From the NCBI GenBank assembly GCA_963823555.1, contig CAWGMA010000002.1:661717-725716 (forward strand): a DNA stretch of 64,000 bases, in the 5' to 3' direction. This DNA is from Candidatus Eiseniibacteriota bacterium. GTDB lineage: Bacteria; Eisenbacteria; RBG-16-71-46; CAVPCR01. Below the pieces are notes generated by a model. The model was not told the DNA's origin and ran no database searches. It saw only the letters and a list, made by a program, of their open reading frames with translations. This document shows, piece by piece, positions 1-7,634 of the stretch (positions are counted from its first letter, which is position 1; each line of letters opens with the position of its first letter). The position numbers were made by a program, and so were the translations under genes.

Positions 1-567
1 TGCCCGGGCGCCACGGCGTTGACGCGGATGCGCCGTCCCGCGTAGGTGGCGGCCGCCGACAACGCGAGGCCCTGAACACCGGCCTTGGCGGCGGCGATCG
101 CCTCGTGATTGGCGATACCGATGCGGGCCGCCGCGGTGGAGACGAGGACGATCGAGCCGCCGCTCGGCATCATGGCGCGAGCCGCGGCACGCACGACGGC
201 GAAGGCCGAGCCCAGGTTGGTGCGGAGGGTCGCCTCCCACTCGGCGTCGGTGGTGAGGTGCGCCGGCTTGAGCAGCAGCGAGCCGACGCAGTTGGCGACG
301 CCGTCGAGTCGTCCGTGGTGGTTGACCGCGTCCTCGATGCAGCGATCGACTTCTTCGCCGCGCGCGGCGTCGAGGACGAATGAATGCGCACCTAGCTCGC
401 TCGCAAGCGACTCGACCTTCGCCGCGTCGCGACTGGCCACGACGAGACGCGCTCCGCGCGCTCAGGCGGCGGCAGAGCTCCGATCCGATCCCGCCGGTGG
501 CGCCGAAGACGACGTGGGCCGGATTCGTCGGGATCTGTTCGGTCGTCTCCGATTCGCTGGTCGACAT
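1..567 (-). CDS. SDR family NAD(P)-dependent oxidoreductase; runs off the window at the 3' end, apparent frameshift near 455
   Basis: Manual translation: MSTSESETTEQIPTNPAHVVFGATGGIG (Rossmann motif) ... HGRLDGVANCVGS ... NHEAIAAAKAGV ... IRVNAVAPG. Confidence 0.85.
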   Translation of the reverse strand, partial: MSTSESETTEQIPTNPAHVVFGATGGIGSELCRRLSARSASRRGQSRRGEGRVACERARCAFIRPRRRARRRSRSLHRGRGQPPRTTRRRRQLRRLAAAQAGAPHHRRRVGGDPPHQPGLGLRRRACRGSRHDAERRLDRPRLHRGGPHRYRQSRGDRRRQGRCSGPRVVGGRHLRGTAHPRQRRGARA

Positions 568-714
568 GCCCTCGATCTCCCACTGTCCTGGCTGCTGAAG
601 ACTCCACGCGACTTGCTACTAGTAGTAGCCGGGCGAGGGGCGAGAGATTCCGGATCTGGAAGGTAGTCCAACGCCTCTAAGTAGCAACAACACTTGAGAC
701 AGAGGAGTCGTCCG

Positions 715-1209
715 ATGAGACCAGTACCGAAAAAGCCCAGGGCCGGCCAGGAGTCGGTCTGGGACTATCCTCGACCACCGCGGCTCGAGCGGGTTGGAAG
801 GCGCGTTCGCGTCGTATTCAACGGGACCGTGATCGCCGACACGACCAGGGCATGGCGTGTGCTCGAAACCAGCCACCCGCCTGTCTACTACATCCCACCC
901 GAAGATCTGAGGCGCGAGCACCTGGTTCCGGGTCGGCGCGCCTCGTTTTGCGAGTGGAAGGGCGGGGCCTCCTACGTCTCGGTGCGAGTGGGCGATCGTG
1001 CCGCCGAGTCGGCCGGTTGGACCTATCCCGAGCCGACGACGGCCTTTGCGCCGATCAAGGACCACGTCGCCTTCTACGCAGGGCCGATGGACGAGTGCAG
1101 GGTGGGTGAAGAAGTGGTCCGACCGCAGCCGGGCGGCTTCTACGGTGGTTGGGTGACCGACGACGTGGTCGGGCCGTTCAAGGGCGAGCCCGGAACCGAG
1201 GGCTGGTAG
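715..1209 (+). CDS. DUF427 domain protein
   Basis: QESVWDYPRPPRLE, RVLETSHPPVYYIP, SFCEWKG and FYGGW motifs typical of DUF427; GAGGAG RBS upstream. Confidence 0.9.
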   Translation: MRPVPKKPRAGQESVWDYPRPPRLERVGRRVRVVFNGTVIADTTRAWRVLETSHPPVYYIPPEDLRREHLVPGRRASFCEWKGGASYVSVRVGDRAAESAGWTYPEPTTAFAPIKDHVAFYAGPMDECRVGEEVVRPQPGGFYGGWVTDDVVGPFKGEPGTEGW

Positions 1210-1237
1210 GCTCCTGATCGAGACACGGGGGGAACCC

Positions 1238-2299
1238 ATGGACCCGAGGCGAGAGCTCGATTCCTGCATAGTAGTCGGTGCCGGCATTGCCGGATTGTTG
1301 GCGGCGCGAACGCTCGTCGATCGCGGCTTCGAAGTCCTTGTCCTGGACAAGGCGCGGGGCGTCGGCGGGCGGATGGCGACGCGGTGGTTCGAACCGGCGG
1401 CCGGCGCTGCGGAGGTCGGGCGAGCCGTGTGGGATCATGGTGCGCAGTTCTTCACCGCGCGTGACGGTGCCTTCAAGGCATGGGTTGATGAGTGGCTGGA
1501 GGCCGGCGTGGCGCGGGTCTGGGCCGATGGCTTCGCGGGCGGCAAGCGTCTCGAGTCGTCCGACGGACACCCGCGCTATCGAGGCAGCGCCGGCATGTCG
1601 GAGATCCCGAAGCATCTGAGCCAAGGGATCGACGTGAGACTGAATGAGCGCGTGGCCTCCATCGATGAGGCCGAGGGGCGCTGGCGGGTTCGCGCCGATG
1701 ACGGCGAGACCGAGCACCGCGCCGGAGCGCTCATCCTCACTCCGCCGGTGCCGCAGTCCCTGGCTCTCGTCGACGCCGGCGGCGTGCGGCTGCCGGAGGC
1801 GGTGCGTGGGTCGCTCGAGCGCATCACCTACGCGCCCTGCATCGCCCTTCTCGCACGGATCGACGGCGCGAGCCGGGTGCCCGAGCCGGGGGCAATGCGT
1901 CTCGACGGCGAGCCGATCGGCTGGATCGCGGACAACCGGAAGAAGGGGATCTCCCCCGAGGCGACGACCCTTACCGTTCACGCGGGTCCCGAGTTCAGCC
2001 AGGCTCACTGGGACTCGGCGTCGGATGAGGTTGCCCGCCTGCTTCTGGAAGCCGCTGCCGAGTGGATCGGAGGGGAGATCCTGTCGACGCAGGTGCACCG
2101 GTGGCGATACAGCCAGCCGGTCGACCTTCACCCCGAGCCCTGTCTCGTCTCCCCCGGTCCTCCACCGCTCGTCTTCGCCGGCGACGCCTTCGGTGGGCCA
2201 CGGGTCGAGGGCGCGGCGCTCTCGGGGCTGGCCGCCGCGGCGTGGCTGATCTCGCAAGCGGCGAGCGTTGGTTCACCGACGACGAGCGACCGGCGATGA
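1238..2299 (+). CDS. Renalase-like NAD(P)/FAD-dependent oxidoreductase
   Basis: GAGIAG, DKARGVGGRMATR, DHGAQFFT, HRWRYS and FAGD..GPRVEGAALSG motifs. Confidence 0.9.
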   Translation: MDPRRELDSCIVVGAGIAGLLAARTLVDRGFEVLVLDKARGVGGRMATRWFEPAAGAAEVGRAVWDHGAQFFTARDGAFKAWVDEWLEAGVARVWADGFAGGKRLESSDGHPRYRGSAGMSEIPKHLSQGIDVRLNERVASIDEAEGRWRVRADDGETEHRAGALILTPPVPQSLALVDAGGVRLPEAVRGSLERITYAPCIALLARIDGASRVPEPGAMRLDGEPIGWIADNRKKGISPEATTLTVHAGPEFSQAHWDSASDEVARLLLEAAAEWIGGEILSTQVHRWRYSQPVDLHPEPCLVSPGPPPLVFAGDAFGGPRVEGAALSGLAAAAWLISQAASVGSPTTSDRR

Positions 2300-2888
2300 G
2301 TCGCCCCGATGCCGACGTCATCATCATCGGTGCCGGGCTCGCCGGCCTTGGCTGCGCGCGGCGCCTGCAAGAGGCCGGCGTCTCGTTCCGGATCCTCGAG
2401 GCGACAAGCGGAGTCGGCGGACGGGTTCGCACCCACAGGTGGATGGATTCCGCCTGGATCGAGGGTTCCAGGTGCTGCTCACCGCCTATCCCGAGGCGCG
2501 CAGGTTCCTCGACTACGCCGCGCTCGATCTTCGTCCCTTCGTCCCCGGCGCCCTCGTCCGCCATGCGGGCGGCTTTCACCGCCTCGCCGACCCGTGGCGC
2601 CAGCCGCTCGCCGCGCTCGGAACGCTCTTCTCCCCGCTCGGCAGCCTCTCCGACAAGCTGCGGGTCGCCACCCTCCGCCGGCGGGTGCTCGCCGGCACGC
2701 TCGCCGACCTCGCCGCCCGCCCCGAGCGGTCGACCCGCGACGCGCTCGAAGCTCACGGCTTCTCCGAGGCGATGATCGAGCGCTTCTTCCGTCCGTTCTT
2801 CTCCGGCGTGTTCCTCGAGCGCGAGCTCGACACGTCGAGTCGGACGTTCGAGTTCATCTTCCGCATGTTCTCCGAGGGAGACACGGCG
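2296..2888 (+). pseudogene. FAD-dependent oxidoreductase (amine oxidase/phytoene desaturase-like); 5' half only, frameshift near 2435
   Basis: MSRPDADVIIIGAGLAGL...GGRVRT, then in another frame VDGFRLDRGFQVLLTAYPE...FFRPFFSGVFLE...FRMFSEGDTA; homology-like sequence stops at about 2888. Confidence 0.8.
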
Positions 2889-3496
2889 CAACACCCGCGC
2901 GGAGTCTTCCGCATGCATGTGGGCGTAGGCGTTGTTACCCATCCCCGGGTAGATCGGACGCCCACGTCTCACCTGCTCGAAGATCAGGTCCCGCGCTCCG
3001 TAGACGTGGGGTAGTCGTATGGCGGCGAACGGCATGCCGGCCGCCGCCGCCATCCGCTCGAGCTGCTCCTCGCTCTCGCGCTTGGCTCGACCGTAACCCA
3101 TGGTCGAGGTCGCCGGCGTCTCCCGGTCGATCGGGCGCGATTGCGTGTCGTAGACGAGGAGGCTGCTCGAGTAGACGAACCGCTCGACGCCGGCGTCGGC
3201 AGCGGCGCGCATCAGAGCGACCGAACCGTCGACGATCGTCGGCCGCAGGAGCTCGTAGTCCTCGAAGGCCGCGCGCGCGCCGAGATGAAAGATGGTGTCG
3301 ATGCCATCGACGGCGCGCCGCAAGCTCTCCGCGCTCTCGAGATCCCCCTGCATCACCTCGACCTTGTCGAGGGGAGGAGCGCGCCGCGCAGCGGACGGCG
3401 CACCATCGCGCGGGGTCGTAGTCCTTTCTCGACGAGGAGGCGCACGACCTCGAGGCCGATGAAGCCTGTCGCGCCGGTGACCAGTACTCGTTCCAC
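2889..3496 (-). pseudogene. NAD-dependent epimerase/dehydratase; 3'-truncated, frameshift near 3380
   Basis: GTG start after GGAGAGGAG; VLVTGATGFIG, then FHLGA, FVYSSS, YGRAK (YxxxK) and RLPHVYG; ends at HAEDSARVL. Confidence 0.8.
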
Positions 3497-3577
3497 GGTG
3501 GGCGTCTCCTCTCCGGGCTGTCGCAGGCGCCGCCGTTGCCGCGAGCGCCTGCGGCCGCGCCGACGGTAGCGCCGGCG

Positions 3578-5911
3578 CTAACCGAGCTCCAGATCGAATT
3601 CGGGCGGGCCGACGGTGACGATGCCGAGGTAGCCGTCGACGGTGACGAGCTCGCCGTCGTCGAGCAGCTGGGTGGCATCGTGGACACCATTGACGCAGGG
3701 GATCCCGAGCTCGCGAGCGATGATCGCACCGTGGATCAGCATGCCTCCGCGTCGCTCGACGATCGCCCGGGCCAGCGGCACCAGGTGCGTGATCGTGGGT
3801 TGAATGGCATCGCAGACGAGGACGTCTCCTTGCCGGAACCGTCCCATATCCTCGAGGTGCCGGAGGCAGCGGACGCGACCGGTGGCGACCCCGGGCGCCG
3901 CCGGCTGGCCGATCAGCTGCCTCGGTGTCTCGCCGCGATCGACGGGGGCGGATCCGCCTTCGACACCGGACCTGGCGACCGGCGGTGCCTCGATCTCGAC
4001 CCGCTCGCCGCGCTCGCCGCGCGAATCGCGCAGGGCGTGCGCGATCCGGGCGATGGTCGAGGCGTCGGGCCCCGGCTCTCCGATCAGCCGGCCGGCGGCC
4101 CTGAGCCGCCCCGCCGCCAGATCGAGGGCGCGCAGGAGCTGGCTCTCGATGCGGCCGACCAGCAGGTTGTCGTCGTCCCTGAGCTTCCAACTCAGGCGAC
4201 CGGTCTCGATGACCTCCATCGCCTCGCCGTGGCGCTCGGGGCCGACCGCGTCGAACAGACGTCGCTCGAGATCCGCGGGGTCGTGACCCGCGACCGCTCC
4301 GTCATCGGCCTGGCGCGTACTGCCCACGTCCTCGGATCCACGAGTCAGTTCGAGAATGATCCTGACGAGCGGGCCCGCGTCGTCGGCGAGGCGGCGATGC
4401 TCGTGGGCGACGTCGAAGAAGCGCTCGCTCAGCTCTTCGAACCTGGCGGCCCACTGGTCGGCGCCGCCGCCGCCGCGAATCGACTCCCGCACATCCGGCC
4501 ACGGCAGCGGGCCGGCGCCTCGGGCCTCGACCAGCCGGCCGAGCGCCGCGCGCAGCTCAACGTGGTCCCGGAGGCTCTCCGCCAGCCCTCGCAACGCCCG
4601 GTTCCGCTGGCTGGCCATCAGCGTCTGGTCCCGGAGCAGGCCCACGAACGCGTAGGGGTCATCGGGGCGAACGGCGTCGTTGAAGTAGAGCGCCAGCCGC
4701 CGGACGCCGTGCGCGAACGGGATGAACTCGTCCCAGTAGATCTTCTTCCAGCGCTCGAAAGATTCGAGCCTCTCCTCGAGGGCGTCGGCGAGCTCGCGAT
4801 CGCTCGACCGCTCGAGCTTGGCATCGGCCAGGCGCCGTCCCTCCGCCCGCAGCTCCGGGATCAGCTCGTCGGCGACGCGCCGGCGAAGACGACGGAGGCG
4901 CTCGTCGCCCGGGCGCAGGGTCAGGTACCAATCGCGTGGATCATCGGGGTCGGGGGCGCGTGTGGTGATCGGGCGGGATTGTAGGATCGTCAGCGCCTCG
5001 GCGCGCCCGGTCCATTCCATGTCCGGATCCCAGCGGAAGAGCTCCTCGACCGAGAAGAGCGCGGTCAGGATGGCATCGAGATCACGGGTCTCGAGGAGAG
5101 GCTCGGCGTCGGAATCGGCGCCGTGCTCGCCCGCGGCCTCGCTTTCGCCATCGCCGGCCGCCAAGCGTGCGCCGGGCCTCCAGCTCACGACGCGCCTCGA
5201 TTGGCGATCGATCTGCCAGTGATCGGGATCCACCAGCCCGTCGACCAGGAGGCTGCAGGGACCGGGCACCGCCTCGATGATCGCCTGCTCGGCGCCGGGG
5301 CTGCGAGGATCGCGACCGAACGCGACGCCCGACCGATCGGCGAGCACCATCTCCTGAACCAGCACGGCCATGCGACTGTGGGCCGGGTCCAGGTCGAGCT
5401 CGCGGCGGTAGAGGAGGGCCGCGTCCGACCAGAGGGAGGCCCAGACCAGCCGGATGGCATCGGCGAGCGCCGCGTCTCCGGAGACCCCGGTCACCGACTC
5501 GTGCAAGCCGGCGAAGGATCGGCCGGCCGAGTCCTCGCCGGGAGCCGACGATCGGACCGCGAGCGACGCCGGCGCGCCAAGCGATCTCCGCGCCTCGGTG
5601 ATCGCCCGCGTGAGCTCGAGCGAGAGCGGGTGACCGAGGAAGAGGGAGCGAATGCGTAACGCCGCGTCCCAGATCTCCTCCCAGCGCATCTCGTCCAGCG
5701 ACTTGCGACCGAGCTCCATGCGAATGGCGCCGTCGATCCCATGGCCGGCGGCGAAGGACTCGTAGGCGTGCACGGTGATCGCGAACCCGGGCGGCACGCG
5801 AAAACCGGCGGCGGCGAGACGCGCGGTCGAGGATGCCTTGCCGCCGACGATCGCTTCCTCTCCGCACCTCGAGTCCGACAGCGGCACTACGAGGGGTCGG
5901 ACGGAATCCAC
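3578..5911 (-). CDS. PEP/pyruvate-binding + PEP-utiliser domain dikinase (rifampin phosphotransferase/PEP-synthase-like architecture)
   Basis: VGGKA, VPPGF, LAVRSSAPGED..SFAG, VLVQEMV, DMEW..ILQSRPIT; C-terminal swivel domain GGMLIHGAIIARELGIP. Confidence 0.9.
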   Translation of the reverse strand: MDSVRPLVVPLSDSRCGEEAIVGGKASSTARLAAAGFRVPPGFAITVHAYESFAAGHGIDGAIRMELGRKSLDEMRWEEIWDAALRIRSLFLGHPLSLELTRAITEARRSLGAPASLAVRSSAPGEDSAGRSFAGLHESVTGVSGDAALADAIRLVWASLWSDAALLYRRELDLDPAHSRMAVLVQEMVLADRSGVAFGRDPRSPGAEQAIIEAVPGPCSLLVDGLVDPDHWQIDRQSRRVVSWRPGARLAAGDGESEAAGEHGADSDAEPLLETRDLDAILTALFSVEELFRWDPDMEWTGRAEALTILQSRPITTRAPDPDDPRDWYLTLRPGDERLRRLRRRVADELIPELRAEGRRLADAKLERSSDRELADALEERLESFERWKKIYWDEFIPFAHGVRRLALYFNDAVRPDDPYAFVGLLRDQTLMASQRNRALRGLAESLRDHVELRAALGRLVEARGAGPLPWPDVRESIRGGGGADQWAARFEELSERFFDVAHEHRRLADDAGPLVRIILELTRGSEDVGSTRQADDGAVAGHDPADLERRLFDAVGPERHGEAMEVIETGRLSWKLRDDDNLLVGRIESQLLRALDLAAGRLRAAGRLIGEPGPDASTIARIAHALRDSRGERGERVEIEAPPVARSGVEGGSAPVDRGETPRQLIGQPAAPGVATGRVRCLRHLEDMGRFRQGDVLVCDAIQPTITHLVPLARAIVERRGGMLIHGAIIARELGIPCVNGVHDATQLLDDGELVTVDGYLGIVTVGPPEFDLELG

Positions 5912-6408
5912 TGGCGGACCTCCTGGAATCGGTGGACGTGGAGGTAGCGGATGACGTCGACGCGGAAGAGGGCGCAGGAGGGTGCGGCGACGAACGACTC
6001 GAGATACGGGTGGCGACGGATCAGCAGCTCGGCCCACCGATCATGATCGCCGCGGTCACGCGAGGTCTCCTGGACTCGACCGGTCACCGTGACCGCCTCG
6101 ATCTCCATCAGCTCTCCCGAGCGATCGGGCCGATTGTCGATCAGGAGAGCGACATGATCGCACTCGGTGAGAAGGCGATACTTCCGCGTCGCGGTCGGTG
6201 TGGCGAAAACCGCGTGCCTCATGTCATCGGTGAAGGCGAAGGCCACGAGCGATCCGTAGGGCTGTCCCTCGCCCTGCGTGCAGAGCACGGCATAGGGTTG
6301 GCCTCGCACCAGACCACGGATCCGATCGCGAAGCGGCGGCTCCGGGCCGGCCGCGCCTGTGGGGTGCGGCGCTTCAGACTCGAACAGCGGCTCGTCGGGT
6401 TGGGGCAT
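5887..6408 (-). CDS. Pyridoxamine 5'-phosphate oxidase-like (split-barrel FMN-binding) protein
   Basis: YAVLCT..GQPYGSLVAF, FATP..TRKY, VALLIDNR and RHPYL motifs. Confidence 0.85.
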   Translation of the reverse strand: MPQPDEPLFESEAPHPTGAAGPEPPLRDRIRGLVRGQPYAVLCTQGEGQPYGSLVAFAFTDDMRHAVFATPTATRKYRLLTECDHVALLIDNRPDRSGELMEIEAVTVTGRVQETSRDRGDHDRWAELLIRRHPYLESFVAAPSCALFRVDVIRYLHVHRFQEVRQWIPSDPS

Positions 6409-6471
6409 GAGCAGAGGCTCCGTGGGTTGAAGGGCTGGTGTTTTGCCCGAGGCGATGCGCGGCCGCCGATT

Positions 6472-7050
6472 CTACTCCTCCCGCAGCGCGGCGATGATCC
6501 GTTCCGGATCGGCGTGGTCGCCGGCCTCGCGGCTCACCTGGGCGAAGACGACACGGCCGCCCGGCCGGATGACGAAGCACCCTCCCTGCTGCCAGGGGTC
6601 CCCCTGGATATCCTGCTGGCGCTTGCCGGCGCGCCAGGCGCGCCAGGCGTGGCGCAGGGTCCGGAATCCGACCGAGCTCGCGACGCCGCGCCGGAGGCCG
6701 GCAGCGGCATAGGCGCGGAGCTCCGGGTCGGCGAAGAGCGGGTGCTCGACTCGCTCCGAATCACGGAAGTCGGCCGCATGCTCCGGGCTCCCGTTGCCGA
6801 CGACGACCAGCTCGGCGCCCAGGCGGCGGATCTCGGGTAGTGAGTCACGCAACTGCGCGACCTGCTCGCGGCAGAAGAGTCACCCGAAGTGGCGGACGAA
6901 GGCGAGCACCACGGTCCGGTCCCGCCAGAGATCACCGAGCCTCTGGCGCCTGCCGTCAGGATCGAGCACCTCGATCTCCTCGAGTCGCTCGGCGGCGCGA
7001 GCGTCGTCATGCGTGCCGGTGCTCATGTTCATGCCCCTGCCCATGCTCAT
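6472..7050 (-). CDS. Peroxiredoxin-like (AhpC/TSA, PRXL2-type) selenoprotein with in-frame UGA at 6880-6882 (UxxC motif)
   Basis: ORFs 6880..7188 and 6472..6852 are in the same frame and give VLAFVRHFG-U-LFCREQ...QQGGCFVI; a hairpin follows the TGA. Confidence 0.88.
6853..6874 (-). promoter_or_regulatory. Candidate bacterial SECIS hairpin
   Basis: Minus strand CTGCCGCGA-GCAGG-TCGCGCAG: 8-bp stem with one bulged C and a G-initiated loop, starting 5 nt after the UGA. Confidence 0.6.
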
Positions 7051-7135
7051 GCTTCCTCTCTGCTCTCCCGGTCGTTGGTCTGTTTCTCGAAGAGGTAGTG
7101 CGAGACCATCCACTCCTCTCCGTGTCGAAATCCCT

Positions 7136-7516
7136 TGTACTAGTCCAGCGATTCTCGGCCCGAACTCCCTGCCGCTATCCAGTTTCAAGCGTTGATCTTA
7201 CGGCTCTTGTTCGGCCCTTCAGCCCCTGAATTCAGGAGGACCCACCTGGAGGCTTCTGGCACCCCCTGCGCTCGTACCCCCCTCGGCGCGGGTGAGGGTC
7301 CACCCGTCGCGGCCAGCGACATGGCCTGGAACAGGGCGGAGCGGACGTACCGCGTGCAGCTTGTCGGCAGGGCGACGGTGTGTGACACGCGAGTGGACAT
7401 CATCCTGCGCCTCCCGGAATTCAACCGCGAGATCGTTCACTCGCACAGGATAACATCCGCTCTCGCAACACGTTCAGCCGCGGGGGCGGGGCGCCGAGAA
7501 TCGCTGGATCAGTACA
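7136..7516. mobile_element. 381-bp MITE (family A, copy 1), deletion derivative of a DDE/integrase-core IS
   Basis: 24-bp TIRs TGTACTAGTCCAGCGATTCTCGGC / TGTACTGATCCAGCGATTCTCGGC; near-identical copy at 34201-34581. Confidence 0.85.
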
Positions 7517-7634
7517 CCGGGGTCGTATCTCATCCCGTGGAGATACGTGTCCCATCCCGGGGTTTCGATCGTTCAGGTCTGCAGCGCCGGCCAGATCGAC
7601 AGGCGGCCCACCGATCCCGCCCGTGCCCTCCCTG

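Noticed and set aside
3536..4984. Long antisense or alternative-frame ORFs (e.g. 3536..4984+, 7623..8939+, 27267..29111-, 50877..52145-)
   Set aside because: Shadow ORFs of GC-rich genes, with no recognisable motifs.
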